Shown here piece by piece: positions 19,484 through 29,925 of a stretch of DNA of 64,000 bases. The stretch is taken from positions 55,502 to 119,501 of the forward strand of contig URZY01000001.1 of NCBI GenBank assembly GCA_900552495.1, given 5' to 3'. The stretch is from an uncultured Mycoplasmatota bacterium (GTDB taxonomy: Bacteria; Bacillota_I; Bacilli_A; RF39; UBA660). The notes below the pieces were generated by a model. It did no database searches, was not told the DNA's origin, and worked only from the letters and a program-made list of their open reading frames with translations. Made by a program: the position numbers and the translations under genes. Positions within the stretch are counted from its first letter, which is position 1; every line of letters begins with the position of its first letter.

Positions 19484-21196
19484 ATGGAAGGACAATATCT
19501 TATTATTGGGTCGGCAGTTATTATTGCACTTGTTATTGTTATAATTATTCTTCACTTTATAAAGAAAATACAACTTAGATATTATCGTGAAAAGATTAAG
19601 AATTTAGAAGTCCAAAGAAATTTGGTGGCTTCAACTCCAGTTTTATTAGAACTTTCAAAAGTTGAACCTATTATCAAGAATGATAAAATGGAAGAAAAAT
19701 ATAATAGATGGCAAGATAGATTTTCCTATATTAGAGAACATCGTTTAACTAAAATTGATGATATGCTAATTGATTTAGATGTATTTATTGATAAGAGAGA
19801 TTATAAAACTTGTACTGTTAATATTGCGAAAATTGAAATAGAAATATATAAGGCTAGAGAGTCGGCGGAGAGACTTTTAGAAGAAATAAAAGATATAACA
19901 CTTAGCGAGGAGAAATATCGTGCTATTGTTATTAAATTAAAAACTAAATATCGTAGTTTAAATAAAGAGTTTTTAGATCATAAACAATTATATGATTCAA
20001 TGCAAGATGCTATTGGTTTGCAATTAGATAATATAGAAAGTAAATTTCTAGATTTTGAAAAAGTGATGGAAAAAAATGAGTATAATGAAGTTGTTCATAT
20101 TGTGAAAGCACTTGATACAATGATTGAACATATGGATATTATAATTAAAGAGGTTCCAGATGTTTTATTGATGGCTAAACAAGTTATTCCAAATAGGATG
20201 AAAGAAGTAGATTTAACATATAAAGATATGATTAATCAAGGATATCCTTTGGATTATTTGAATATAGAATATAATTTAGAGGAAACGAATAAAAATATTG
20301 AAGCGATTTTAGATAAGGTTAAGTTACTTAACTTAGAAGGTGCAATGTTTGATTTGAAGACAATGCTTGAGTATTTTGATGCTTTGTTTATTGATTTTGA
20401 GAAGGAAAGATTATCACGAAAAGTATTTGAAGAGGTAAATACTGATTTTAAGAAAAAAATTGGTAAAACTAATAAACTAGTTAGTGATGTTTATGAACAA
20501 TTAGATGATATCAAGAATATGTATGATTTAGAAGAACAGGATATTGAAATTATTCATGAAGTAAATAAAATATTGGTAGTAATTAATGATGATTATAAAA
20601 AATTGCTTCAAAAAGTAGAGGCTGGTGCTACTCCTTATTCAATGCTTAATGAAGAAGTAGAAAGTTTGACTTTAAGACTTTCTTCTATGGAAGATGACTT
20701 TGATAAAGCATTGAAATCATTAGGAAATATGTATGAAGATGAAGTTCGAGCAAGAGAACAGTTAGAAGAAATACAAGAGTTTTTAAAACAATGTAGGTCG
20801 AGAATGCGGGCTTATAAATTACCGGTTGTTACTGATAACTATTTTGTTCAATTGTCAGAAGCTAACGAAGCAATATTGGAAGTTATTAAAGAATTGGAAA
20901 AAAAGCCAATAGTAATTAAGATTTTAAATACAAGAGTAGATACAGCAAGGGATTTAGTTTTAAAACTTTATAATACGACTAATGAGATGATTAAGACAGC
21001 CCAACTTGCTGAAATGTCGATTGTTTATGGCAATAGATATCGTATGAGTTATCCGGAAGTTGATAAAGGCTTGTTTGATGCTGAACGACAATTCTTTAAA
21101 GGAAATTATAAAGATGCTTTAGATATTTCAATAAAAGCTACAGCTTTGGTTGATGAGGATATTTATAAAAAATTATTGCATGTGTATGATAAATAG
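19484..21196 (+). CDS. ezrA: Septation ring formation regulator EzrA.
   Basis: N-terminal TM helix followed by ~550 aa of coiled coil. Position between rpsD and thiI matches Bacilli. Start chosen at MEGQYLIIG, which has an AGGTGAGGA RBS. Confidence 0.8.
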   Translation: MEGQYLIIGSAVIIALVIVIIILHFIKKIQLRYYREKIKNLEVQRNLVASTPVLLELSKVEPIIKNDKMEEKYNRWQDRFSYIREHRLTKIDDMLIDLDVFIDKRDYKTCTVNIAKIEIEIYKARESAERLLEEIKDITLSEEKYRAIVIKLKTKYRSLNKEFLDHKQLYDSMQDAIGLQLDNIESKFLDFEKVMEKNEYNEVVHIVKALDTMIEHMDIIIKEVPDVLLMAKQVIPNRMKEVDLTYKDMINQGYPLDYLNIEYNLEETNKNIEAILDKVKLLNLEGAMFDLKTMLEYFDALFIDFEKERLSRKVFEEVNTDFKKKIGKTNKLVSDVYEQLDDIKNMYDLEEQDIEIIHEVNKILVVINDDYKKLLQKVEAGATPYSMLNEEVESLTLRLSSMEDDFDKALKSLGNMYEDEVRAREQLEEIQEFLKQCRSRMRAYKLPVVTDNYFVQLSEANEAILEVIKELEKKPIVIKILNTRVDTARDLVLKLYNTTNEMIKTAQLAEMSIVYGNRYRMSYPEVDKGLFDAERQFFKGNYKDALDISIKATALVDEDIYKKLLHVYDK

Positions 21197-21275
21197 GAAA
21201 TACTGATTAAATGTCAGTATTTTCTTGTTTAAAAATGGAGTTTTGTGATAAAATATGCGTGGTGGAGGAAGTCTT

Positions 21276-22463
21276 ATGAATAGAGTTATATTAATTAAGT
21301 ATGGAGAGTTAAGTACCAAAAAAGGAAATAGGAATTTTTTTATTAAAACTTTGTATGATAATGTAAAAAATAAATTAAAAAAATATGATGTAAAAATATC
21401 TAAAGATAGGGCAAGGATGTATATTGAATTTTTAGATAGAGATTTAGAGAGTATAAAAAAAGTAATTGATAGAGTATTCGGTATTCATATGTATCACATT
21501 GCATATATTGTTGATACTAATATTGAAGATATTAAAACACAAGTTTTGGATATTGTTAAGAGTGAGAATTTTAAAACTTTTAAGGTTGAAACTAAGAGAA
21601 GTAATAAAAACTTTCCTATTCATAGCCAAGAATTTAATCATGTGCTTGGCGGTGTGATTTTAAAAAATATTGATAATATTAAGGTTGATGTTCATAAACC
21701 AGATATTTTAGTAAAAGTGGAAATTAGAGAAAACAATACATACGTTTATCTTAATAGTTATAAGGGAAGTGGTGGCTATCCAGTTGGTACACAGCCTCGT
21801 GGGATGTTGATGCTATCTGGTGGAATCGATTCTCCAGTAGCTGGGTATTTGGCAATGAAACGTGGAGTAAAGATAGATGCCGTATATTTTGAAGCTATTC
21901 CGCATACTAGTTTAGAAGCTAGAAATAAGGTGATTGAATTATGCAAAAAATTGTCTTTTTATACAGATTATATCAATTTACATATTGTTAATTTTACACC
22001 TATTCAAGAGGAAATCTATAAGAATTGTCGAGAAGACTATTGTATTACAATTATGCGTAGAATGATGTATAGGATTATGGAAAAATTAGCTGAAAAATAT
22101 AGGGGATTGGCAATTATAAATGGTGAATCAATTGGTCAGGTTGCTTCACAGACACTTACTAGTATGAAAGTAATTAATAATGTAACTAATATACCGGTAA
22201 TAAGGCCAGTTGCTTGTTTAGACAAATTGGAGATAATGGACATTGCTAGAAAAATTAATACTTATGATATTAGTATTTTGCCATTTGAAGATTGTTGTAC
22301 AGTCTTTGTTCCAAAACATCCTGTTATTAATCCACGAATTGATGTATCAGTCTTTGAAGAAGAAAAATTTAATTATCAGGAAATGATTGAAGAAGCTGTT
22401 CTAAATATTGATACAATAAAAGTTGAAGAAACAATGGAAAATGAGTTTAATGATTTACTATAA
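21276..22463 (+). CDS. thiI: tRNA 4-thiouridine synthase ThiI.
   Basis: THUMP-like N-terminus and PP-loop SGGIDSPVAGY. Start chosen at MNRVILIKYGELSTKKGNR. Confidence 0.9.
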   Translation: MNRVILIKYGELSTKKGNRNFFIKTLYDNVKNKLKKYDVKISKDRARMYIEFLDRDLESIKKVIDRVFGIHMYHIAYIVDTNIEDIKTQVLDIVKSENFKTFKVETKRSNKNFPIHSQEFNHVLGGVILKNIDNIKVDVHKPDILVKVEIRENNTYVYLNSYKGSGGYPVGTQPRGMLMLSGGIDSPVAGYLAMKRGVKIDAVYFEAIPHTSLEARNKVIELCKKLSFYTDYINLHIVNFTPIQEEIYKNCREDYCITIMRRMMYRIMEKLAEKYRGLAIINGESIGQVASQTLTSMKVINNVTNIPVIRPVACLDKLEIMDIARKINTYDISILPFEDCCTVFVPKHPVINPRIDVSVFEEEKFNYQEMIEEAVLNIDTIKVEETMENEFNDLL

Positions 22464-22533
22464 ATTTCCAATAAAAAATATGTATTAAAAGTTCAAAAGT
22501 TCACATTCTAGTAATGTACAGGAGGTGAAACAA

Positions 22534-22740
22534 ATGAACAACAAAAACTCAATGAAGATGAGAGTTCCAGGAGCTAAACAAGCTATTGAAAAAATGAAAT
22601 ATGAAATAGCTAACGAATTTGGTGTTAATTTAGGACCAGATGCTTCTAGTAGAGCTAACGGATCAGTTGGTGGAGAAATTACTAGACGTTTAGTTCAAAA
22701 TGGTATGAACCAAGTTAGTGGAAGCTACAACAATAAATAG
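22534..22740 (+). CDS. Alpha/beta-type small acid-soluble spore protein.
   Basis: [40 protein letters not shown] is the SASP signature. Strong RBS GGAGGTGA 5 nt upstream. Confidence 0.9.
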   Translation: MNNKNSMKMRVPGAKQAIEKMKYEIANEFGVNLGPDASSRANGSVGGEITRRLVQNGMNQVSGSYNNK

Positions 22741-22862
22741 TTAAGCTTAAAAGATAGGCCGATGGGTCTATCTTTTGTTTTTTAATTTGTAGTTTTGGGT
22801 GGAAAAATAAATATAATTCGTGTATAATACTAGTAGATTATTTGAAAGAGGTGTAAATTTTT

Positions 22863-24044
22863 ATGAAGATAATGTCGATAAACGCTGGTAGTAGTTCATT
22901 AAAGTTTAGTCTATTTAATATGGATAATGAAGAAGTTATTGCTAGTGGATTATTTGAGCGAATTGGGATTGAACAAAGTTGTTATACAATTAAATATAAT
23001 GGTGAGAAGATTAAACAAGAAATTGATTTGCCTGATCATAGTGTGGCAGTTTCTATTCTTTTAGAAAAATTAGTTGATTTAGGAATTATTAAATCGTTAG
23101 ATGAAATAAATGGAGTAGGACATAGAGTTGTTAGTGGTGGAGACCGTTATAGTGAATCCATTTTAGTTACTGATAAGGTTGTTGAGGATATTGTAGAATT
23201 GAAGGATTATGCCCCATTACACAATCCAGCACATGTACTTGGAATTAATGCGTTTAAAAAAGCTTTACCAAATGTACCTATGTCAGTAGTTTTTGATACT
23301 GCTTTCCATCAAACAATGGATCCAGTAAGTTATTTATATCCAGTACCTTATAGTTGGTATGAAAATTATAAAGTTAGAAAATATGGTGCTCATGGTACTA
23401 GTCATAGGTATATTGCTTTAAGCATTGCTGAAGAACTAAAAAGAGATGATTTGAAGATTATTTCTTGTCATTTAGGAAATGGTGGTTCAATTAGTGCAAT
23501 TAAAGATGGTAAATGTGTTGATACTTCAATGGGATTTACACCACTTGCTGGAATTATGATGGGAACTCGTTCAGGAGATATTGATCCTTCAATTATTCCA
23601 TTTGTTATGGAAAAAGAGGGAAAGAATGCTAGTGAAATTATTGACGATTTAAATAAAAAATCAGGATTCTTAGGAATTAGTGGAGTAAGCAGTGATTCAA
23701 GAGATATTGAAGAGGGAATTGCTAATGGAAATGAACAATGTAAGTTAGCACAAGATAAATATATTAGAACAGTAGTTGATTATATTGCAAGATACTATGT
23801 TTTATTAGGTGGCTGTGATGTATTATGTTTTACTGCTGGAATTGGTGAAAATAGTATTTCTACGAGAGCTGCGATTGTTGAAAAATTAGCTTGTTTAGGA
23901 TTTAAATTAGATGCCGAAGCTAATGATGTAAGAGGCAAATTTAGAAAGATTAGTGCTGATGATTCAAGTTCATTAATATATATTCTTCCAACAGATGAAG
24001 AATTAATGATTGCTAGAGATACGCTTAACTTAATCAATAGATAG
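22863..24044 (+). CDS. ackA: Acetate kinase.
   Basis: MKIMSINAGSSSLKFSLF... and acetokinase motifs. Confidence 0.9.
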   Translation: MKIMSINAGSSSLKFSLFNMDNEEVIASGLFERIGIEQSCYTIKYNGEKIKQEIDLPDHSVAVSILLEKLVDLGIIKSLDEINGVGHRVVSGGDRYSESILVTDKVVEDIVELKDYAPLHNPAHVLGINAFKKALPNVPMSVVFDTAFHQTMDPVSYLYPVPYSWYENYKVRKYGAHGTSHRYIALSIAEELKRDDLKIISCHLGNGGSISAIKDGKCVDTSMGFTPLAGIMMGTRSGDIDPSIIPFVMEKEGKNASEIIDDLNKKSGFLGISGVSSDSRDIEEGIANGNEQCKLAQDKYIRTVVDYIARYYVLLGGCDVLCFTAGIGENSISTRAAIVEKLACLGFKLDAEANDVRGKFRKISADDSSSLIYILPTDEELMIARDTLNLINR

Positions 24045-24055
24045 GAAAATGTGTG

Positions 24056-25012
24056 ATGTTTAAAGAGATATATAAGAAAATTGAGGAGTATGACACAATT
24101 GTTATCGCAAGACATGTGGGTGTTGATCCGGATGCCTTAGCGAGTCAGTTAGCATTAAGAGATGCGATTAAGTTAACTTTTCCAGGGAAGAAAGTTTTGG
24201 CGATTGGAACTGGAAGTGCGAAGTTTTATCAGATTGGTCGTTTGGATAGAATTGAAAAAGTAAGTAATGCTCTATTGATTGTTGTTGATACACCGGATAA
24301 AAAAAGAGTTGATTCTGTTGATTTTTCACAATTTTCTTATATGATTAAAATTGATCATCATCCATTTGTAGAAAAGTTTTGTGATTTGGAATATATAGAA
24401 GATACGGCTAGTTCAGCAGCAGAAATTATTATGAATTTTATTCTAAGTGTTAATTTAGAGTGTAATAAGAGTATTGCTGAGACATTATATCTTGGTTTAG
24501 TCTCTGATTCAAATAGATTTCTATTTGATAGTTGTAATTCGAAAACGTTTGGTTTAGTGTCAATTTTTTTAGATAAATATAATTTTGAACTTAGTGAGGT
24601 TTATAGAAAGTTATATTTGAGACCGATGAACGAGGTTCGTTTGGAAGGTTATATAGCCTTGAATATGATTGTTACAGATAATGGTTTGGGATATATAAAG
24701 ATTACTAATGAAATACTTAATCAATTAGAGGTTGATAGTGCTTCAGCTGGTAATATGATAAATAACTTTAATTTCATCAAAGAGGTTTTAGTTTGGGCGA
24801 CAATAACTGAAGATGTTAAGAATGATCAAGTTCGGGTATCAATTCGTTCTAGAGGGCCGGAAATAAATGAGGTTGCTGAAAAATATAATGGTGGGGGGCA
24901 TAAGTTTGCTTCAGGTGCGAAGCTAGCTACTTTTACTGAAGCAATGCATTTGATGCAAGATTTAGATGATTGTCTTATTGAATATAATAAGATAGTTAGT
25001 GAGGAGAAATAG
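24056..25012 (+). CDS. nrnA: DHH/DHHA1 phosphoesterase (NrnA-like oligoribonuclease / pAp phosphatase).
   Basis: DHH motif (IKIDHHPF) and DHHA1 GGGH motif (GGGHKFASG). Confidence 0.8.
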   Translation: MFKEIYKKIEEYDTIVIARHVGVDPDALASQLALRDAIKLTFPGKKVLAIGTGSAKFYQIGRLDRIEKVSNALLIVVDTPDKKRVDSVDFSQFSYMIKIDHHPFVEKFCDLEYIEDTASSAAEIIMNFILSVNLECNKSIAETLYLGLVSDSNRFLFDSCNSKTFGLVSIFLDKYNFELSEVYRKLYLRPMNEVRLEGYIALNMIVTDNGLGYIKITNEILNQLEVDSASAGNMINNFNFIKEVLVWATITEDVKNDQVRVSIRSRGPEINEVAEKYNGGGHKFASGAKLATFTEAMHLMQDLDDCLIEYNKIVSEEK

Positions 25013-25013
25013 T

Positions 25014-25607
25014 ATGGTTATTAAGGAAGCTAATTTGGAGGTTATTGCTACTCGAAGAAGTCAATATCCAATAGATGGTAAACCAGAGTTTTTACTTGTT
25101 GGACGTAGTAATGTTGGAAAGAGTAGTTTTATTAATTCAATTTTGTCAAGAAAAAATTTAGCTTATACATCAGCTAGACCTGGAAAGACTCAGACACTAA
25201 ATTTTTATGGGGTAAATGATTCATTTTATTTAATAGATGTTCCTGGTTATGGTTATGCCGCTGTTGATAAAAAGACTCAAGCTAAATTCGGCATGATGAT
25301 TGAAGAATATTTAGAGAAAAGATCAGAATTAAAAAGAGTATTTATGCTAATTGATTTTAGACATAAACCTTCAGAAGATGATTTGTTAATGTATAACTTT
25401 TTAAAATATTATAATGTTCCAGTAACAATAGTTGCGACTAAAGCAGATAAAGTAACTGGTAGTAAAAAAGAAAAAAATTTGAAGATTTTACTTGAGACGC
25501 TTGATTTAGTTGTAGGCGATGACTTAGTTGTATTTTCAAGTGTAACTAAGTTAGGAGTAAAAGATGTGCTTAGGAAAATTGAAGGCTTGGTAGAAGAAAC
25601 TATCTAA
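25014..25607 (+). CDS. engB: Ribosome biogenesis GTPase EngB/YsxC.
   Basis: G1 motif GRSNVGKSS, plus DVPGYGY, and characteristic length. Confidence 0.85.
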   Translation: MVIKEANLEVIATRRSQYPIDGKPEFLLVGRSNVGKSSFINSILSRKNLAYTSARPGKTQTLNFYGVNDSFYLIDVPGYGYAAVDKKTQAKFGMMIEEYLEKRSELKRVFMLIDFRHKPSEDDLLMYNFLKYYNVPVTIVATKADKVTGSKKEKNLKILLETLDLVVGDDLVVFSSVTKLGVKDVLRKIEGLVEETI

Positions 25608-25639
25608 GTCTTTTTTCATATACTTATATTGGTGAGTAT

Positions 25640-26095
25640 ATGAAAATAGAAATATGTGAAAAAGGAATATATAAAATTTTTGTTAATAAAGAAATAATTA
25701 AAAATGTTGATTATGAAAGTCGTGATGAAATTGTTAATTGTGTTAAAGATATTTTATATAAGTTAAAATTACGATTAGGACTATGTGGTTTTTATAAAAT
25801 AAAAGTTTTTCCACACAATAAAATTGGTATATTTTTAGAGGCAATAAAATTGGATGATTCAGAATATTCAAATAGTCTTGATTTGCGAGTTGTGGTTTAT
25901 ATGGATGAAAGATTTTATTTTGAAACTGATGATTATTTTGTAATTAAAGAATGTAATGATAAAAGGTATTTTGAGGGGCTTTTTTATTGCCTAGTAGATG
26001 ATAATTTTGATCCATTCATTGCCAAGGTTGAGTTCGGAAAATTTATTTATGGTAAAGATGTAAATAAAGTACTAAACAATAGTATTATTTTGTGA
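25640..26095 (+). CDS. Hypothetical protein, 151 aa.
   Basis: ORF with an RBS-like purine tract. No motif recognised. Confidence 0.45.
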   Translation: MKIEICEKGIYKIFVNKEIIKNVDYESRDEIVNCVKDILYKLKLRLGLCGFYKIKVFPHNKIGIFLEAIKLDDSEYSNSLDLRVVVYMDERFYFETDDYFVIKECNDKRYFEGLFYCLVDDNFDPFIAKVEFGKFIYGKDVNKVLNNSIIL

Positions 26096-26109
26096 TAAAA
26101 TTATACTAG

Positions 26110-26823
26110 GTGATGGTCATGAGTAAACAAAGGAAACTATTTTTATTTATTTGTTTTATTATTATTGATTTATTGCTTGTTAGTGGGATTTTGTTACTTA
26201 GAGATGTTACTTTGAAGAATATTTTAAGTAATGAGGTTAATGCATTAGGAGATCTTAACTTTTTTAAAGATGATTACAGTTATTCGATTAAAAGCCGTGG
26301 TAATTATGCGGTGATTGAAGAAGCTATTAAAGATTATTTGAGTAATTATGCAACCCTTGTTCAAAAGGTTGCTAATGCTTCTAATGGGGTGGAATTAAGT
26401 GGGCTACTTCTTACTAGTAGTATAGAAAGTGATGGACCTTTATTTGAGCAGACATTAAAATATCTTGATGAATATCAAGTTGAATTTAATCAAGATATGG
26501 ACGAAGTATTTTATTACTTGGATGATAATCTTTCAATTGATAATTATATTACACAATATACAGATAATCAGGAAGTAATTGAGTTATATCAAGAATTAAT
26601 TACAAAAAATCACTTTAGTGAGAAATTAGAAAATAGTAAACAACAGTTAGTGATAGAGAGAATTGATACTAATAGTTATATTGATTCGGTTAGAGCTGTT
26701 ATTATGTTTCTAAAAGATAATAGTAATAATTATACTATTTCGAATGGACAAGTCACTTTTAATGACAGTAACTTATTAAATGAATATGTTAAATTAAAAG
26801 ATAAAACAAAAAGAATCTACTAA
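26110..26823 (+). CDS. Hypothetical membrane-anchored protein, 237 aa.
   Basis: N-terminal TM helix (LFLFICFIIIDLLLVSGILLL). Confidence 0.5.
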   Translation: MMVMSKQRKLFLFICFIIIDLLLVSGILLLRDVTLKNILSNEVNALGDLNFFKDDYSYSIKSRGNYAVIEEAIKDYLSNYATLVQKVANASNGVELSGLLLTSSIESDGPLFEQTLKYLDEYQVEFNQDMDEVFYYLDDNLSIDNYITQYTDNQEVIELYQELITKNHFSEKLENSKQQLVIERIDTNSYIDSVRAVIMFLKDNSNNYTISNGQVTFNDSNLLNEYVKLKDKTKRIY

Positions 26824-26835
26824 ATAGTAGATTTT

Positions 26836-28311
26836 TTATATTACAATGGCAATCATATTGTTAGAACCTTTATTCACTACTTTGGATAGAGTTGTTTGTA
26901 ATTTAAAACGAATATTATCTGGCATCATATTAATTTTTGATTGAATTCCTTCTTGAACTATTGAATCAAGGCTTCTGCCAAATATTTCACTTTTCCAAAT
27001 GTCACCAGGGTTACGTTCGTGATCTTTCATTAAATAATCTATTAATTCTTTGCTTTGAACTTCGCTCCCGATTATTGGTTCAAAGGTTGATTCGACATCA
27101 ACTCTAATCATATGAATAGATGGGGCAACGGCTTTTAATTTCACTCCATAGCGTGGACCTTGTTTAATTATTTCAGGTTTATCTAATTTCATGTCTTCTA
27201 CTGATGGAGTTGCAACTCCATAACCGGTTTGTTTTACCATTTTTAAAGCATATTTTATTTGATCATATTCTCTTTTGGCAGTATTAAACTCTTGGAATAA
27301 TGATAATAGGTCAGCTTTATTGCGGACATCTATTTTTATTATTTCAGTTAGAACTTGTTGGTAAAGTTCTTTTTTGGCGGTTAAATTAACTGTGATTATA
27401 CCTGTTGAAGGATCGACATCTGATAAGTAGGCTTTTTCAATATATTCATTTTCAATAAAGTGGTTAGTAATATTTTCAATATCTTTTAATTTATCAATTT
27501 CAATGATACTTTCTTTAATAGATTCAATATATGATTTTTTTACAGGGTGATCAGGATTTAAAATGGCAATCCATTCTGGCATATTAACTTTTACCTCTAA
27601 AACTGGGAATTCATACAGTGCTTCACGTAAAATGTTATACATGTCTTTTTCTGTCATTGCTTCAATACTGATAGGTAAGACTGGGACGTTGTATTCCTCT
27701 TTTAAATTTTCGGCCATACGTTCAGTTTCTGGGAGTGATGGGTGAGTTGAGTTTAAAACGACAATAAATGGCTTACCAATAGATTTTAGTTCTGTTATAA
27801 CACGGGTTTCTGCCTCAATATAATCATTTCTTTCAAATTCACCAATTGAACCATCTGAGGTAATAACAATACCAATTGTTGAATGATCTTTAATGACTTT
27901 TTCGGTACCAATTTCAGCAGCTTCAGTAAAAGGTATTTCTTCGTTATACCATGGTGTTTTGACCATACGAGGACCATTTTCGTCACTTGCACCAATAGCT
28001 TTGTCAATCATATAACCAACACAATCAATTAAGCGAATATTGCAGTTAAAATCGTCTATTTTAATTTTAGCGGCATTATTTGGGACAAACTTTGGTTCCG
28101 TAGTCATGATGGTTTTTCCAGCTGCACTTTGTGGTATTTCATCTAATGCTCGTTTTTGTTCGTATTCATTTTCTATATTTGGGACAATTAAAGTTTCAAC
28201 AACACGTTTTATAAAAGTTGATTTACCAGTTCTTACTGCGCCAACGACACCTAGGTAAATGTCTCCACCACTGCGTTTAGCTATGTTTTTAATTATTTCT
28301 TGTTTATCCAT
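26836..28311 (-). CDS. spoIVA: Stage IV sporulation protein A (spore coat morphogenetic ATPase).
   Basis: GGDIYLGVVGAVRTGKSTFIK...PQSAAGKTIMTTEPKFVPN...VAPSIHMIRVDVES are near-identical to conserved SpoIVA blocks. Start at MDKQ with an AAGGAGA RBS. The 18-codon upstream extension in the track is rejected. Confidence 0.95.
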   Translation of the reverse strand: MDKQEIIKNIAKRSGGDIYLGVVGAVRTGKSTFIKRVVETLIVPNIENEYEQKRALDEIPQSAAGKTIMTTEPKFVPNNAAKIKIDDFNCNIRLIDCVGYMIDKAIGASDENGPRMVKTPWYNEEIPFTEAAEIGTEKVIKDHSTIGIVITSDGSIGEFERNDYIEAETRVITELKSIGKPFIVVLNSTHPSLPETERMAENLKEEYNVPVLPISIEAMTEKDMYNILREALYEFPVLEVKVNMPEWIAILNPDHPVKKSYIESIKESIIEIDKLKDIENITNHFIENEYIEKAYLSDVDPSTGIITVNLTAKKELYQQVLTEIIKIDVRNKADLLSLFQEFNTAKREYDQIKYALKMVKQTGYGVATPSVEDMKLDKPEIIKQGPRYGVKLKAVAPSIHMIRVDVESTFEPIIGSEVQSKELIDYLMKDHERNPGDIWKSEIFGRSLDSIVQEGIQSKINMMPDNIRFKLQTTLSKVVNKGSNNMIAIVI

Positions 28312-28373
28312 ATACATTCTCCTTATACAGTAAATCGTATGAATTTGAATAAAAAAAAAGAACAAAAGTTCTT

Positions 28374-29573
28374 TTAGTTTATGAATTTTGTAGAATCAAA
28401 TAATTGTTTATAAATAATTTGACAATTATTATCATATTGTGATGCATGTTCAGTGGTAATGGTATAAAGGTATTCTTTGTCTGTGGTTGCATATAGACCT
28501 TTTATATTATTTGAATTTTTTACTGTAAAACCATTCCAAGTAATATTTGGTGCATCATAGTAAAAGATATTAGAAACGGTTGTGTCAATATTATTATAAC
28601 TGTTATTTTCTACTAAATAAGAATATGCCGTATAATTTTTGTCATTATTGATAGCTTTAATAGAAATATTACATGTTGCATTATCTGATTTATAGTAATA
28701 TACTTTATAGTTATTTTGATCAATTATTGGTAGCAGGTTGGTTTGCTTTGAATAAGTTAAATTATTTAATTGATATGGGGTAGAAAATTCATTTATAGTT
28801 TCTTTATCGCTTGAAGTGTTTTCTTCCTTAATATATTTTTCTGGTAGCATAAAGCCTATTATTAAAAGGATAAATGGTATTATAATTGTGCCAATGATTA
28901 TTATAGTAATGACTTTGGCTAGAGAAACACCGCCTTTTTTGCGACATTCATCTAATAATTCAAGACTAGTTTTATCAAAGTTACTCTGTTTTATTTGTTC
29001 TACTTTACGTTCTGCATAAGCTAAATACAATTCGTTGAATTTAAATGCCATAATAATTCTAATTATTATATTTACCAACGTTGCATATTCACCTAGTAAA
29101 AAGAAAGAAGCAAGTGTTAAAACTAAGTAAGCAAAAGAAAGGGAATACATTTTTCTGTAAAGGATGTAGAAAATTCCAAAGAAAAATGTTCCTATTGAAA
29201 ATTTAGAATTTTTAATAGTATTATAACTTGGACCAATAAAGGCTTCTAAGTATTTTTCATCGCCAGCTGTTTGTGTTGGAATGTAGTTAAATTTACTATA
29301 TATGTAATTATAATCGTATTGCTCTTGGTGTGATTGATTTGTATTATAATCGCTTTTTTCTTTATTACTATAGTTGTAACTATAATTATATTGTTCAGCA
29401 TGACCGGCTAGAGAATCAATATTATATTTTGGTTGACTTTTATTGCTGTAGTTAAAATTATATTGGTATTGTTCAGCGTGGGTATTTGTTGAATCTGTTT
29501 GAACGTTTGCTCCACATCGTCTACAAAATTTTGCATTTGTTTGTAGGATTGTACCGCATTTAGGACAATTCAT
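28374..29573 (-). CDS. Zinc-ribbon membrane protein with tandem Q/Y/N-rich repeats.
   Basis: N-terminal CPKCG...CRRCG zinc ribbon. Three ~25-aa repeats (HAEQYQYNFNYSNK...). Several TM helices and a C-terminal extracytoplasmic domain. Confidence 0.6.
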   Translation of the reverse strand: MNCPKCGTILQTNAKFCRRCGANVQTDSTNTHAEQYQYNFNYSNKSQPKYNIDSLAGHAEQYNYSYNYSNKEKSDYNTNQSHQEQYDYNYIYSKFNYIPTQTAGDEKYLEAFIGPSYNTIKNSKFSIGTFFFGIFYILYRKMYSLSFAYLVLTLASFFLLGEYATLVNIIIRIIMAFKFNELYLAYAERKVEQIKQSNFDKTSLELLDECRKKGGVSLAKVITIIIIGTIIIPFILLIIGFMLPEKYIKEENTSSDKETINEFSTPYQLNNLTYSKQTNLLPIIDQNNYKVYYYKSDNATCNISIKAINNDKNYTAYSYLVENNSYNNIDTTVSNIFYYDAPNITWNGFTVKNSNNIKGLYATTDKEYLYTITTEHASQYDNNCQIIYKQLFDSTKFIN

Positions 29574-29643
29574 ATTTACTCCTCCTATTATCGATATAAG
29601 TGTATCATATTTTTTTCATTATAGGGGAGAAAAAACGGAAAAA

Positions 29644-29883
29644 TTAAAATAATTTGTCAATATTTGTAGGAACATTATCTTTTAAGATGGTATTGACAAT
29701 TTTGTCTTCTTTTTCTTTTGATACTTGTTTTCCAGTCATAGTACTAATATCATTAATTACTTCTCTTATAGTTTTCTCGTCTTTCATATTTGAATTTTGT
29801 AGTTTTTGAGCAAGTGATAGGATTGTCTCTTTATTAACATTAGTTTTGTTTTCGACTTTTTTAAAAAAGTTATCTCCGAACAT
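29644..29883 (-). CDS. Small SpoVIF-like sporulation protein.
   Basis: MFGDNFFKKVENKT...LAQKLQNSNMKDEKTIREVINDISTMTGKQVSKEKEDKIVNTI fits the SpoVIF family pattern as I recall it. Confidence 0.5.
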   Translation of the reverse strand: MFGDNFFKKVENKTNVNKETILSLAQKLQNSNMKDEKTIREVINDISTMTGKQVSKEKEDKIVNTILKDNVPTNIDKLF

Positions 29884-29925
29884 AAAAAACCTCCTACTAA
29901 ATTATATGTAGAAGGTTAATTTTTG

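Noticed and set aside
21444-21657. ORFs 21444..21641(-) and 21466..21657(+) within thiI.
   Set aside because: Shadow ORFs inside a conserved gene.
23795-24115. ORF antisense to the ackA 3' end and nrnA start.
   Set aside because: Antisense, low-complexity.
27563-28365. ORFs 27563..27745(+), 27795..28007(-) and 28040..28258(+) inside spoIVA, and the 18-codon MFFFFIQ... 5' extension of spoIVA.
   Set aside because: spoIVA is near-identical to known orthologs starting at MDKQ with an AAGGAGA RBS. The other ORFs are in shadow frames.
28816-29019. ORF antisense to the zinc-ribbon membrane protein gene.
   Set aside because: Shadow ORF.
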